From the IMG/VR virus record IMGVR_UViG_3300035102_000519, positions 1 through 37,305 of that record: a stretch of 37,305 bases of DNA; one strand, given 5' to 3'. A program made the translations under genes and the position numbers. The stretch's first letter is position 1; every line of letters starts with the position of its first letter. This DNA is from a virus. Its lineage: Duplodnaviria; Caudoviricetes. Below, piece by piece: positions 25,354 to 35,494 of this stretch. The notes beneath the pieces are model-generated. The model saw nothing but the letters and a program-made list of their open reading frames with translations. It had not been told where the DNA came from and searched no databases.

Positions 25354-25731
25354 ATGCCCGAACGAGTACCCCTGACCACGCCCATCAAGATCGGCAAGAT
25401 AGATTACGACGAGTTGACTCTTGTCGAACCCACCAGCGCCCACATCCTGGACGCTCGCGAGGAGGCCGAAAAGGTGGTCATGACCGCCGACGGCCCGGCC
25501 CTGGTGGCCAGCCCGGCCCTGGTCGGCCAACATATCCTTCGTCGTCAGATATGCGTCGGCGATTTCAAGGGCGTGGACCTGGACATCCTCAAACGCCTCT
25601 CGCCCCAGGATCTGGCCCGCGTCCAGGACAAGGCCGACGAAATGGACATCCAGGCCGCGATCCGCGCCCAGGAAACCCTGGCCGCTCTGGACAAGCGGGG
25701 GCGATCTGGGGAGCAGGACGACCGAGGTTGA
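25354..25731 (+). CDS. Tail assembly chaperone (Mu gp41-like)
   Basis: Between tube and tape measure; LKRLSPQDL; ends near slippery CGG GGG CGA. Confidence 0.85.
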   Translation: MPERVPLTTPIKIGKIDYDELTLVEPTSAHILDAREEAEKVVMTADGPALVASPALVGQHILRRQICVGDFKGVDLDILKRLSPQDLARVQDKADEMDIQAAIRAQETLAALDKRGRSGEQDDRG

Positions 25732-25846
25732 ACGGCTGATCCTGCTCCTGGCCACCCGCACCGGCTGGTCCGAATCCGAACTGATGGCGCTGCCCCTGCG
25801 GCGGCTGATCCGGTACTGCAACGCACTGAGACGACTCTATGAGTAA
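25696..25846 (+). other. Programmed -2 frameshift site and extension of the tail chaperone
   Basis: GGGGGCGA at 25697-25704; shifted frame reads GDLGSRTTEVERLILLLATRTGWSESELMALPLRRLIRYCNALRRLYE* and overlaps tape-measure start. Confidence 0.8.
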
Positions 25847-27761
25847 CCTGCGCACCTCCGTACAGCTGGACCTGGCCGGGAACCTGCAATCCAAGGCCAG
25901 GTCCTACGGCAACGCCCTGGACGTCATGGCCAAGCGCGGCTCCCGCAGCATGAATTTGCTGCGGCGGTCCACGCGGGCCATGGGGCAGGGGCTGGACCGG
26001 CTCGGCAATCGGTACACCGCGCTGATTACGGGCGCGGCCGGAGCCGGTACGGTCAAGATGCTGATGGGTCTCCAGACCCGGTTTACCCGGTTGGGCATCC
26101 AGGCCTCGGCGGACGCCGAGCAAATGGAGCTGCTCAAGCGCCGTATCTACGAGGTGGCCCAGGCCCCTCAAATCCGCGTTGATCCCGGTGAAATCACCTC
26201 GGCCATAGAGGAGATTGTCGAAAAGACCGGAGATCTGAAGTTTGCCGAGAACAACATCGGCAACATCGGTACCGCCATCAGCGCCACCGGGGCTGCAGGG
26301 CGGGATATCGGCGGCCTGTTGTCCGAGTTCCAAAAGATGGACATCAAGAGCCCGGACGAAGTCCTGGAAGCTCTGGACATCTTGAACGCCCAGGGAAAGA
26401 TGGGGGCGTTCACCCTGCAACACATGGCCGCCCTCGGCCCGCGCGTCATCACAGCCTATACGGCGGCGGGGCGCGGCGGCACCCAGGCCCTGCGCGAAAT
26501 GGGGGCGGCGCTCCAGACGATCCGTATGGGTACTGGCTCATCGGAAATGGCTGCTACCGCCTTTGAGGCCACCATGCGCACGCTCGCCGATCCCAAGAAG
26601 CTCAAGCTCCTGGGCCGGGCCGGGGTCCAGGTCTTTGACCTCGACAAGCTGAAGGAAGGGCAACGAGTTCTGCGGCCCATCAACGAGATCATGACCGATA
26701 TCGTCGACAAGACCGGCGGCGACACGGTTAAGCTCGGTCGCTTTTTCGACGCCGAAGCGGTTCGCGCCTTCAACCAGGCCGCAGGCGAGTTCAAGCGCAC
26801 CGGTTCCCTGGACTCTCTGGTCAAGTTCATGCAGGTCCAGGGCGACGGGAAAACCACCCTGTCCGATTCCGCCCGCGCGGCAAAGGATGCCGAGGCCTCG
26901 ATGACCGCACTCTATACCGCGTGGCAGAAGTTCGCGGACTCCCGGCTGACCGCGCCCATCCAAAAAGCCGCCGACGTCCTCAACTCCCTGGGCTCGGAAG
27001 GCGCGGACACGGCCATGTCCGCGATAACATACGGAGCGGCCGGATTGGGTGCGCTGGTGTTGGGCCGCAAGGCCTACAAAGGGGCCCGAGCCCTTGGCGG
27101 GCTCTTCGGCCGGGGCAAAGGGGCCAAGGGCGGCCTGGGCGGTCTTCTGGGCGGCATGTCCTCCGGCCCGATCCCGGTCTATGTGGTCAACGACCGCATG
27201 TCCATGATGCCCGATTCCTACGGCGGCGGTTGGCAGGGCGGCTCCGGCAAGGCCGGGGCGTCCGTGGCCCGGCGCGGCGGCAGGTTGGGCCGTGTGCGCG
27301 GGGCCATGGCGGGCGCGGGCAAGTGGGCCGGGCGCGCGGCCGGGGCGCTGGCCCTGGCCGGGACCGCCTACGAGCTTTACGACGCCTGGTCCGACGACAA
27401 GCAGTCCACCGACGCCAAGGTCAATGCCTCCGGCCGCGCCGTGGGCTCCGGCCTGGGCGGTTGGGGCGGGGCCGTGGCCGGTGCGCAGCTCGGCGCGGCC
27501 ATCGGCTCCGTGGTGCCCGGTTTGGGCACGGCCATAGGCGCGATCCTCGGCGGCCTGGGCGGCGGCATTGCCGGAGCCTGGGCTGGTGGCAACCTTGGCG
27601 GGCAGGCCATGGACAATCTCGGATTTCATGACCAGGAGCGCCCCGAGGGCCGCCTGCGCATCGAAGTCAGCGACGACCGCACCCGCATCACCCGTATGGA
27701 TGCGCGGGGCATGGAGATGGACGTGGACTCCGGCATGTACATGGCGGGGGTGGGACAATGA
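25839..27761 (+). CDS. Tail tape measure protein
   Basis: 640 aa Ala/Gly-rich helical, PVYVVN motif, Gly-zipper C-terminus. Confidence 0.92.
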   Translation: MSNLRTSVQLDLAGNLQSKARSYGNALDVMAKRGSRSMNLLRRSTRAMGQGLDRLGNRYTALITGAAGAGTVKMLMGLQTRFTRLGIQASADAEQMELLKRRIYEVAQAPQIRVDPGEITSAIEEIVEKTGDLKFAENNIGNIGTAISATGAAGRDIGGLLSEFQKMDIKSPDEVLEALDILNAQGKMGAFTLQHMAALGPRVITAYTAAGRGGTQALREMGAALQTIRMGTGSSEMAATAFEATMRTLADPKKLKLLGRAGVQVFDLDKLKEGQRVLRPINEIMTDIVDKTGGDTVKLGRFFDAEAVRAFNQAAGEFKRTGSLDSLVKFMQVQGDGKTTLSDSARAAKDAEASMTALYTAWQKFADSRLTAPIQKAADVLNSLGSEGADTAMSAITYGAAGLGALVLGRKAYKGARALGGLFGRGKGAKGGLGGLLGGMSSGPIPVYVVNDRMSMMPDSYGGGWQGGSGKAGASVARRGGRLGRVRGAMAGAGKWAGRAAGALALAGTAYELYDAWSDDKQSTDAKVNASGRAVGSGLGGWGGAVAGAQLGAAIGSVVPGLGTAIGAILGGLGGGIAGAWAGGNLGGQAMDNLGFHDQERPEGRLRIEVSDDRTRITRMDARGMEMDVDSGMYMAGVGQ

Positions 27762-28969
27762 GCTGGCGCGAAGAACTCGACAGCCGCCCGGCGAGCTATC
27801 GTGGGGTGCCTTTCCAAGTCCGATCCCATGACATCAGCGGCGGGCGCAGGACCCGCTCCCTGGAATTTCCGCTGCGCGACAAGCCCGCCACCGAAGATAT
27901 GGGCCGCAAGGCCCACCGCTTCCGCGTGGAGGCCTTTATCCTGGGCGAGGATTACATGGACGCGCGCAACGCCCTGCTGGACGCACTGGACGCATACGGC
28001 GACGGCGTGTTGGTTCATCCCTACTACGGCTCTCGCACCGTGGCCGTGCAGGAATGGCATGCCCGCGAATCGACCCGCCGGGGCGGCATGGCAGTAATCT
28101 CCATCGAATTTGTCGAAGGTGGTCCGGTGGAATTGCCGGACGATGCCGAGGACACCGGATGGGCCGTGGAGAAAGCTGCCGAGGAATTGACCGAGGCCGC
28201 CGTCATAACCTTTACCGAGACTGTGGATGCCAGCGGGCCGGAGCGCAACCGGGAGAGCCTGCTGGACAGGATCGACAACGCCCTGGACGAACTGTCCGAC
28301 GCGGTCAATGAGGCCTGTGGTGCAATCCACAAGTTGACTGATCCGGTGACCAAAATCATAGCCATGAAGACTAAGATAGAGGCGTTGCTGGAACTCCCCA
28401 TAACCTTGGCCCGCCAGTTGTCGGGCCTGTTCGACGGACTTTTTTCCTTCGATCTGCCCAATTACAGGCTGTTGCTCAGTCTGTTTACCTCCAGCAGCGC
28501 CTGGCCGTCCGGGAGTTCGTCCTATTCCTCCAGCCCTAAGTCGGTCCTGTCCACCGTTGGGGCCACCATCGAGACCAACGCTGCGGCCGTAACCGGTCTG
28601 CTGCGGGCCTCTCTGGTAGCCGAGGCCGCCACCAGTGTATCCAAGACGGATTTCGCCACCTACGACGACGCCGAGGTGGTCCGCTCGGCCCTGCTCGACG
28701 CCCTGGACGAGGAGGCGGCTACGGCCGACGACACCGTTTACCTTGCGCTCGCAGCATTGCGGACCGCTGTAGTCCATGACTTCGCCGCCCGTGAGTCTCT
28801 GCCGAGGCTGACCACGTACACTCCGGGCGAGACGCTGCCCGCCCTGGTGGTTTCCCATGCCATTTACGGTAACGCCGACCGGGCCTCCGAGATCGTGAGT
28901 CGCAACAAGGTCCGCCACCCCGGCGCGGTACCCGGCGGTACGACTCTCAAGGTGGTGACCAATGGCTAA
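27758..28969 (+). CDS. DNA circularization protein (Mu gpN)
   Basis: MSWR..PASYRGVPF, EDMGR, GVLVHPYYG, LPALV..YG..R..EI..RN.VRHP. Confidence 0.93.
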   Translation: MSWREELDSRPASYRGVPFQVRSHDISGGRRTRSLEFPLRDKPATEDMGRKAHRFRVEAFILGEDYMDARNALLDALDAYGDGVLVHPYYGSRTVAVQEWHARESTRRGGMAVISIEFVEGGPVELPDDAEDTGWAVEKAAEELTEAAVITFTETVDASGPERNRESLLDRIDNALDELSDAVNEACGAIHKLTDPVTKIIAMKTKIEALLELPITLARQLSGLFDGLFSFDLPNYRLLLSLFTSSSAWPSGSSSYSSSPKSVLSTVGATIETNAAAVTGLLRASLVAEAATSVSKTDFATYDDAEVVRSALLDALDEEAATADDTVYLALAALRTAVVHDFAARESLPRLTTYTPGETLPALVVSHAIYGNADRASEIVSRNKVRHPGAVPGGTTLKVVTNG

Positions 28970-29996
28970 TCCCGACGTGCGCTTGAAGGTGGACGGCAGC
29001 CTTTACGGCGGCTGGCGGGAAATCTCCATCCGCCGCTCCATGGAGTATCTCTGCGCGGCCTTTGACCTGACCCTGACCGACCGCTGGTCCGGGACTTCCA
29101 CGGCACGCCCGGTCCGGCCCGGCGCGGCCTGCACCGTGCTGGTGGACGGCAGCCCGGTTATCGCCGGATTCGTGGATGAAGCCAACCCGAGCTATACGGA
29201 GCGCCGCCACGGAATCAGGGTGTCCGGCCGGGACCTGACCGGCGACCTTCTGGACTGTTCCGCGCCGTCCACGCAATTCTCCGGCCGGACTCTGGCTCAG
29301 GTGGCCACGGCCTTGTGCAAGCCCTACAACATCGGCGTCAAGTCCCTGACTGACGTGGGGGCAGCGTTCGATACCCTCAAGAACAATGAGGGGGACACCG
29401 TTTACGAGACTTTGGAGCAGGCCGCCCGAATCCGGGCCATGTTGCTCCTGTCGGATGGCCTGGGCAATCTGCTCCTGGCCCGCGCCGGTACCGACCGCCT
29501 GTCCACGGTCCTGGCCACGGGCAAAAACATCCTGGAGTGCGAGGCTCGTTATTCCCACCGGGACCGCTACAGCAAGTACACGGTCAAAGGCCAGACCGCC
29601 GGATCGGACGACTGGTACGGGGAGGACGCTGCCCAGCCCATGGGGTCAGCTTCCGACGCGGCCATAACCCGATATCGTCCGCTGACCGTGCTGGCCGAAA
29701 GCTCAGTGGACAAGGCTGCCGCCGCCAAACGTGCCGAGTGGGAACGTAACGTCCGCTACGGCCGCTCCAGACGTTTATGCTACATCGTTCCGGGCTGGTT
29801 CCATGCCGACGGATTGTGGGAGCCCAACCACTTGGTCCGCGTCCGGGACGCTTACCTGGGCCTGGACGACTACCGCCTTATTTCCGGCGTCAATCTGCGC
29901 TTAAACCGCGATGGATTTCGTACCGAGTTGGAACTTGTCCCGCGTGAGACCTTCGTGCTTACTCCCCTGCCCGAACAGGAGGGCGAAATATGGTGA
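28962..29996 (+). CDS. Baseplate hub protein (Mu gpP/gp44)
   Basis: YGGW..I.RS, GRDLTGDLLDCS, RYS.YTVKGQ, RYRPL, LWEPN. Confidence 0.92.
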   Translation: MANPDVRLKVDGSLYGGWREISIRRSMEYLCAAFDLTLTDRWSGTSTARPVRPGAACTVLVDGSPVIAGFVDEANPSYTERRHGIRVSGRDLTGDLLDCSAPSTQFSGRTLAQVATALCKPYNIGVKSLTDVGAAFDTLKNNEGDTVYETLEQAARIRAMLLLSDGLGNLLLARAGTDRLSTVLATGKNILECEARYSHRDRYSKYTVKGQTAGSDDWYGEDAAQPMGSASDAAITRYRPLTVLAESSVDKAAAAKRAEWERNVRYGRSRRLCYIVPGWFHADGLWEPNHLVRVRDAYLGLDDYRLISGVNLRLNRDGFRTELELVPRETFVLTPLPEQEGEIW

Positions 29997-30709
29997 TGCG
30001 CGTCCTTTACAAGGCTCTCGGTCCTGTCCGCCGCCGCATAGCTTTGATGATCTCCCGCGCCGTGCTGACCATGGCCGACGACACCACCCTATTGCAGGAG
30101 GCGCAGGCCAAGCTGCTCGGCGAGGAGACCATGTCCCGGCTGGAGCGCTTCCAGCAGTATGGTTTTACTTCCGTGCCGCTGGCCGGGGCCGAGGCCATCG
30201 CCCTGTCCCTGGGCGGCAACCGTTCGCATACCGTAATCGTGTCCGTGGATGACCGGCGCTATCGACTGACCGGCCTCCAAAACGGCGAGGTCGCTCTCTA
30301 CGATGATCGGGGCCAAAAAGTTCACCTGACCCGAAACGGGGCCGTGGCCACTATCCTGGGAGACCTTTCAGCCACCGTCACCGGCAGCGTCTCGGCTACG
30401 GCGTGGGGCGATGTTTCGGCCGTGGTTGGCGGCAGCGTGGCCATTGACGCTGGTGGCGATCTTATCGCCACGGTGGAGGGCGAAACCACCGTAGACTGCG
30501 AACGAACGATCGTGACCGGCGACCTGGAAGTCGGCGGAGGCCTGCTGGTGCACGGAACCGTTCACGGCCACGGCGGCCCGTTGAACATGACCGGCGGGCT
30601 GACCAATATCGGTGGCGACATCACCTCCAATGATATTGTCTTGGAGGCCCACCGGCACGGCGGCGTCATGTCCGGAGGCGAAAATACCGGGGGGCCGCTC
30701 GATGGCTGA
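29990..30709 (+). CDS. Baseplate spike protein (Mu gp45)
   Basis: ERFQQYGFTSVP..GAE, GGNRSH, DDRRYR, GEVALYD, C-terminal HRH metal motif. Confidence 0.92.
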   Translation: MVMRVLYKALGPVRRRIALMISRAVLTMADDTTLLQEAQAKLLGEETMSRLERFQQYGFTSVPLAGAEAIALSLGGNRSHTVIVSVDDRRYRLTGLQNGEVALYDDRGQKVHLTRNGAVATILGDLSATVTGSVSATAWGDVSAVVGGSVAIDAGGDLIATVEGETTVDCERTIVTGDLEVGGGLLVHGTVHGHGGPLNMTGGLTNIGGDITSNDIVLEAHRHGGVMSGGENTGGPLDG

Positions 30710-31148
30710 TGTTGCATTGATCTGGAAGGAGATGGGTGCGGACCTGTCCCTGGAAAACCTGGCCCTGGTTCGGGACGACACCCTCAAGACGGCCGTGATC
30801 CTGTCGCTGTTCATTGACCGCCGCGCCGAGGATGGCGACGAACTGCCCGGCAGCACCACGGACCGCCGGGGTTGGTGGGCCGATACCTACGCCGATGTCC
30901 TGGACGACCGTATAGGCTCCCGCCTGTGGCTGCTCAGCCGGGAGAAACAGCTGCCCAAAGTGCTGGTTAAGGCCAAGGAATACGCCGGGGAAGCCTTGGC
31001 CTGGATGGTCGAGGACGGGGTGGTCGAGTCCGTCGAGGTAACGGCCGAATGGGTCCGGCGCGGACTGCTCGGTCTGCGCATCCGTCTTTACAAGCCGAAC
31101 GCTCCGGCCATCGACTACAATTTCGCATACCTGTGGGAGGCCCTCTAA
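30702..31148 (+). CDS. Baseplate protein (Mu gp46)
   Basis: SLFIDRRA, RGWWAD, GSRLWLL.REK, EALAWMVEDG. Confidence 0.93.
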   Translation: MADVALIWKEMGADLSLENLALVRDDTLKTAVILSLFIDRRAEDGDELPGSTTDRRGWWADTYADVLDDRIGSRLWLLSREKQLPKVLVKAKEYAGEALAWMVEDGVVESVEVTAEWVRRGLLGLRIRLYKPNAPAIDYNFAYLWEAL

Positions 31149-32207
31149 ATGTCTTTTGACCGACCAACTTTGACCGAACTGATCGCCCGCATCAAGGCGG
31201 ATATCGAATCCCGTCTGGAGGGGGCCGACGCATCACTGCGCCGGACTCTGCTGGCCATCCTGGCCACGGTGGAGGCCGGAGCCGTGCATGGCTTGTATGG
31301 ATATATGTCCTGGATAGCCGCCCAGGTCATGCCCGACACGGCCGAAGCCGAGCAGCTGGACCGTTGGGGCTCAATATGGGGCAAGCGGCGCAAACGGCCG
31401 TCCACCGCCTCGGGGGTCATTGCGTGCGAAGGGGCGGACGGCAGCGTGATCCCCGAGGGCACGATATGGACGCGGGCCGATGGAGTGGAGTTCGAGACCA
31501 TGGTTGAGGGCTCCATTGTAGGAGGCAAAGCCGACGTGGACGTGGAAGCCGTTGGCGCGGGCGAGATCGGCAACACCGACGAAGGCACCAAGCTCTCGTT
31601 GTCCACCTCCGTGGAAGGGATCAAGTCCATGGCCACGGCCGGGGAACTGTCCGGCGGGGCCGACGAGGAGAGCGACGCGGACCTGCGTTCGCGCGTCCTG
31701 TCGCGCATACGCCAGGCCCCTCACGGCGGCGCTGACTTCGACTATGAGGCCTGGGCTTTGGAGATCGGCGGCGTGACCCGCGTCTGGGTCTATCCGCGTG
31801 AGATGGGGGCCGGAACCGTGACCGTGCGCATCATGACCGACGACACCACCGAGAACGGCATACCGGACGAATCCACCCTGGCCTCCGCCCAGGCATACCT
31901 GGATGGTCAGCGCCCGGTCACGGCCGAGGTCTACGTGGTCGCGCCGATCCCCGATCCGCTGGACATGGAGATCAACCTGGCCCCCAATACCGCCGCCGTC
32001 CGTGCAGCCGTACAGGAAGAAGTCACCGCCGTTATCCTGGCTGAGTCCGTGCCCGGCGGCGCCACGCTGCTCAGTCATTTGCGGGAGGCCATATCCGTGG
32101 CAACCGGCGAGACCGACCATGTCCTGGTCTCGCCCACGGCCGACGTGGAGCATGAGGTCGGCCATATTGCCGTACCTGGGACTATAACCTTCGGGGGATT
32201 GTCATGA
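31149..32207 (+). CDS. Baseplate J-like wedge protein (Mu gp47)
   Basis: RPTL.EL, GGADEESD.DLR.R, PHGGA..DY..WA, GAGTV. Confidence 0.93.
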   Translation: MSFDRPTLTELIARIKADIESRLEGADASLRRTLLAILATVEAGAVHGLYGYMSWIAAQVMPDTAEAEQLDRWGSIWGKRRKRPSTASGVIACEGADGSVIPEGTIWTRADGVEFETMVEGSIVGGKADVDVEAVGAGEIGNTDEGTKLSLSTSVEGIKSMATAGELSGGADEESDADLRSRVLSRIRQAPHGGADFDYEAWALEIGGVTRVWVYPREMGAGTVTVRIMTDDTTENGIPDESTLASAQAYLDGQRPVTAEVYVVAPIPDPLDMEINLAPNTAAVRAAVQEEVTAVILAESVPGGATLLSHLREAISVATGETDHVLVSPTADVEHEVGHIAVPGTITFGGLS

Positions 32208-32797
32208 GCCTGACCTCGGAACAGTACCGCGACCAATTAATGGCTCTGGCCCCGCCCGGAATGGCTTTGCCTACGGACTCGGACAGCATATGGGCGCTGC
32301 TTCTCTTGGCCCTGGCTGACGAACTGGCCAGAGCCGATGGCCGGGCCGATGATCTCTTGGACGAGGCCGACCCGCGCACGGCCCTGGAGATGCTTAGGGA
32401 TTGGGAACGCGTTTGCGGCCTACCGGGCGACTGTTCCCAAGACGCTGAAACCATCCAGGAACGTCGACGGGCATGCCATCTGACCCTGGCCGCTCAGGGC
32501 GGGCAGAGCGCCTCCTATTATATTGATATGGCCGCCGCCCTGGGCGTGACCGTGACCGTGGAGGAGTTTCGTCCGTTCCGGGCCGGTGTCTCATCGGCCG
32601 GTGATGCCCTGACCAACGGCGATTGGATATACGCCTGGCGCGTTCACGCCCCGGAGACCTCTATTCAATCATTCCAGGCTGGGGGCAACGCCGCAGGCGA
32701 TGCCCTGGCTAAGTGGGGCAGCGAGTCTTTGGAGTGCCGTCTGTCCCGCCTTGCCCCGGCCCATACAATCCTAATCTTTGCCTACGGAGAGGAGTAG
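32204..32797 (+). CDS. Baseplate protein (Mu gp48 / DUF2313)
   Basis: L.PPG.A, EADPRT..EML.DWERVCGLP, LEC..L.PAHT. Confidence 0.92.
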   Translation: MSLTSEQYRDQLMALAPPGMALPTDSDSIWALLLLALADELARADGRADDLLDEADPRTALEMLRDWERVCGLPGDCSQDAETIQERRRACHLTLAAQGGQSASYYIDMAAALGVTVTVEEFRPFRAGVSSAGDALTNGDWIYAWRVHAPETSIQSFQAGGNAAGDALAKWGSESLECRLSRLAPAHTILIFAYGEE

Positions 32798-32800
32798 AGC

Positions 32801-33769
32801 ATGCAACGCATTCAAGGCGATTATGCGACTGAGGACAATCGGTTCACCGATGGCAATCCGGCCGGAGGCGTGCCCGCAACGGTGGTCACGGACGAGTGGC
32901 TTAACGGGGTCCAGGAGGAGATCATGGCCGTCATTGAGGCGGCCGGGCTGACCGCTGACGGTGCAGACCTGACGCAGCTGCGTCAGGCCATCGCGGCCAT
33001 GATCGCCGCAGGAATCCCGGAGCCGGTCGGCTCGACCACGGGCTGGACGCCGCGCGGCCTGACCGTGCTGACCACCGGCACGGACGCCAATGTCGCCATT
33101 GCCGCCAAATCGCTGGTGGTCGCCGACGCAGACGGCCATGTCCGGGAGCTGTCGGGCGTGGACGTCACCGCCGCCACGACGGCCAGCGGCGCGGGCGGGC
33201 TGGACTCCGGCGCGGTCGCCACGGACACGTGGTACGCGGTCCATGTAATTGCCGACGGTGCGGGCAACGCGGCCGGGCTGCTGTCGCTCTCGACCGACAC
33301 CCCGACAATGCCGAGCGGCTACACCTACTCCCGGCGGGTGGGGTGGATCAGGACCGACGGCACCAACGGGTATCCGCTACCCATCGCCCAGTTTGGGCAG
33401 ACGGTTTACTACACTCCCGGTGCCGCCAATAATCTGATCGCATATCCGGCATTAGCAGCCGGGGTTGCAGGGTCAATAGTGACCCCCACATGGGTGCCCG
33501 TTAGTGTGTCGGCGACAGTCCCGCCCACCGCTGTAACCATATGTGTGCTCGGCCACGTCCAGTTGGAGGGCGGACTGCTTGTTGCTCCCTCTGGCGATTT
33601 TGGCGGGTACTCATCTTCGACAAATCCGCCCCCGATGTCGCTGGATGGTGGGCCAAACGCGTCGATGTCCATGTCAACGACAATGGTTTTACGATCAACT
33701 GATATTTATTACGCAGCTAAGGCCGCCGGAGACAGTCTCGCCGTCCGAGGTTGGGAGGATGTGATTTAA
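32801..33769 (+). CDS. Tail fibre protein
   Basis: N-terminal FTDGNP..GVPAT....WLNGVQEE anchor; GLDSG..TWY..PTMPSGYTY.RRVG domain. Confidence 0.87.
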   Translation: MQRIQGDYATEDNRFTDGNPAGGVPATVVTDEWLNGVQEEIMAVIEAAGLTADGADLTQLRQAIAAMIAAGIPEPVGSTTGWTPRGLTVLTTGTDANVAIAAKSLVVADADGHVRELSGVDVTAATTASGAGGLDSGAVATDTWYAVHVIADGAGNAAGLLSLSTDTPTMPSGYTYSRRVGWIRTDGTNGYPLPIAQFGQTVYYTPGAANNLIAYPALAAGVAGSIVTPTWVPVSVSATVPPTAVTICVLGHVQLEGGLLVAPSGDFGGYSSSTNPPPMSLDGGPNASMSMSTTMVLRSTDIYYAAKAAGDSLAVRGWEDVI

Positions 33770-34146
33770 TGGCAGGATACGCAGTACGTAACGACGGGAC
33801 ATTCGGTTGGCGAGCTATCAGGTCAGCCGAGGACATTCGAGACAATGAGATATATAGCGCAGCCGCCCCCGGCCCCTATGTGGCAACCGACGAGGACCTG
33901 GCCGAGGCCGTTCGGGCCGAGCGGGACCAGATGTTGGCCGATGGCGACAGACGGGTGTTGCAACTCGCCCGCCAAATCCGCGAGGCCGAGCGCAAGGGCG
34001 ATGACGCCACCGATCTGGAGGCCGAGTTGGCGGCGTGGGATGCGCGACAGGCCGCGTTGTGCGATGTGCCTCAGCAGGCCGGCTTCCCTCACGTCATAGA
34101 GTGGCCTGACACCCCGCCTCTGCGGGGTGATATTCCCCAGGAGTAG
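33769..34146 (+). CDS. Tail fibre assembly chaperone
   Basis: VRAERD.ML..D, RQAALCDVPQQAGFP..IEWP..P. Confidence 0.85.
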   Translation: MAGYAVRNDGTFGWRAIRSAEDIRDNEIYSAAAPGPYVATDEDLAEAVRAERDQMLADGDRRVLQLARQIREAERKGDDATDLEAELAAWDARQAALCDVPQQAGFPHVIEWPDTPPLRGDIPQE

Positions 34147-34149
34147 GTC

Positions 34150-34488
34150 GTGTTCCCTGGATATTGCGATCTACATATGATGCAGGGCAGTCATTTTGAG
34201 ACGTGGCTCCGCGCCAAGGACAGCGTCGGTGCCGATGTTGGCCTTGATCTGACCGGCTGTGTGTTCCGGTCGCAAATGCGGGCGGAGACGGGCGGCGCGC
34301 TACTTCTGGAATTTGATGTCGATCATAGCCGTTTGGCTGAGGGGTACGTCGGCTTGACAGCCACCGCCGCGCAAACCGCCATGGTAACCCGACCGGGCGT
34401 CTACGACGTGGAGTACTCGGACCCGGACGGCCGGACTTGGAAGTTGTTGCGCGGCAACATCAGCCTGACCAAGGAGGTGACTGAATGA
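34150..34488 (+). CDS. Putative virion adaptor (BppU-N-like beta-sandwich)
   Basis: QG..F, DLTG...RSQMR, L..TAAQT, GVYDVE, LLRG.I....EVT pattern. Confidence 0.7.
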   Translation: MFPGYCDLHMMQGSHFETWLRAKDSVGADVGLDLTGCVFRSQMRAETGGALLLEFDVDHSRLAEGYVGLTATAAQTAMVTRPGVYDVEYSDPDGRTWKLLRGNISLTKEVTE

Positions 34489-35111
34489 TAATCGAGGTCG
34501 TCGAGGTGTCCTTCCCCGGCCGCGTCCACGTGGTCGAAGTCGGTCAATTCCCGCTTCCCCCTTCAGTGAAGCTTTCCGGGGCCGAGATAGTCCAGGCCAT
34601 TGACGCGGAGTTGGGCGGCCAGGGCTGGCAGACGTCCAGCACCGAAAGCGGCCAGGACGGGGCGGACGCCTATGCAGTGGCCTTGGCCAATGGTTTTACC
34701 GGCACTGTTGAGGAGTGGTTGGATTCACTGGTCGGGCCTCAGGGAGAACAAGGCGTCCAGGGTGCCCAGGGGGAACCGGGTGGCCAGGGCGACCCCGGCG
34801 TGGCTGGAGAGGACGGAGAGGGAGGTGCCTCGGCCTACGAGTTGGCCGTTGCCGCTGGCTACATCGGCACCGAATCCGAATGGCTGGCCTCGCTTAAGGG
34901 GGACAAAGGCGAAACCGGTGCTGCCGGAACCAATGGCCAGGACGGTGAATCCGCCTACGAGCTGGCCGTTGCCGGTGGATATTCCGGCACTGAGGCCGAA
35001 TGGTTGGCTTCGCTGCAAGGAACTGCCGGAGCCGACGGCAGCATGATCACCGTATCAGCGACCGAGCCGAGCAATCCGGTCGAGGGGGACCTGTGGCTCG
35101 ACATTTCCTAG
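34485..35111 (+). CDS. Collagen-like fibre protein with three SAYELAV..G..GT..EWL.SL repeats
   Basis: Gly-X-Y runs; near-duplicate DNA repeats at 34833 and 34953 (120-bp period). Confidence 0.85.
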   Translation: MIIEVVEVSFPGRVHVVEVGQFPLPPSVKLSGAEIVQAIDAELGGQGWQTSSTESGQDGADAYAVALANGFTGTVEEWLDSLVGPQGEQGVQGAQGEPGGQGDPGVAGEDGEGGASAYELAVAAGYIGTESEWLASLKGDKGETGAAGTNGQDGESAYELAVAGGYSGTEAEWLASLQGTAGADGSMITVSATEPSNPVEGDLWLDIS

Positions 35112-35119
35112 GCGCTCCC

Positions 35120-35293
35120 ATGCCACTTTTTGCCCCGCTGACCAAGCGATCGCTCCGGGACTTTCAATATATTGAAACGAGCAACGTACTCCTGCACCTG
35201 CCCGCCTTCCGATGTTTTCATTGTGCCACCCAGGACCGTGCCGGACAGCTGCTTTGCAATGTCTGTGGACTGACCTATTGGGGATGGAGCTAG
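35120..35293 (+). CDS. Possible small CxxC-CxxC protein (57 aa)
   Basis: Fills the gap exactly; CFHC..CNVC; weak SD. Confidence 0.4.
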   Translation: MPLFAPLTKRSLRDFQYIETSNVLLHLPAFRCFHCATQDRAGQLLCNVCGLTYWGWS

Positions 35294-35494
35294 ATGAAAC
35301 GATACTACTTGACTCCGCTGGTGCCGGTAAACGATGGGTCAGAGGCCCTAGAGCCCGCCCTAGACGTCGTCTATAAAGGGACTTGGGGGTCTGACCCCGG
35401 CCCGACAATGGACACGCTGATCGTCTGGGCCGACGTTACCGACGAGGAACACGGGGCCATCCTGGCCGTGAACGGCGTTTCAGAGGTCGAGTGA
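35294..35494 (+). CDS. Hypothetical protein (66 aa)
   Basis: GGAG SD; GTGA overlap with next gene. Confidence 0.7.
   Translation: MKRYYLTPLVPVNDGSEALEPALDVVYKGTWGSDPGPTMDTLIVWADVTDEEHGAILAVNGVSEVE

Noticed and set aside
34660-35020. CRISPR array or DGR template/variable repeats
   Set aside because: Repeats are degenerate in-frame protein repeats; differences are not adenine-specific; no reverse transcriptase or cas gene in the window
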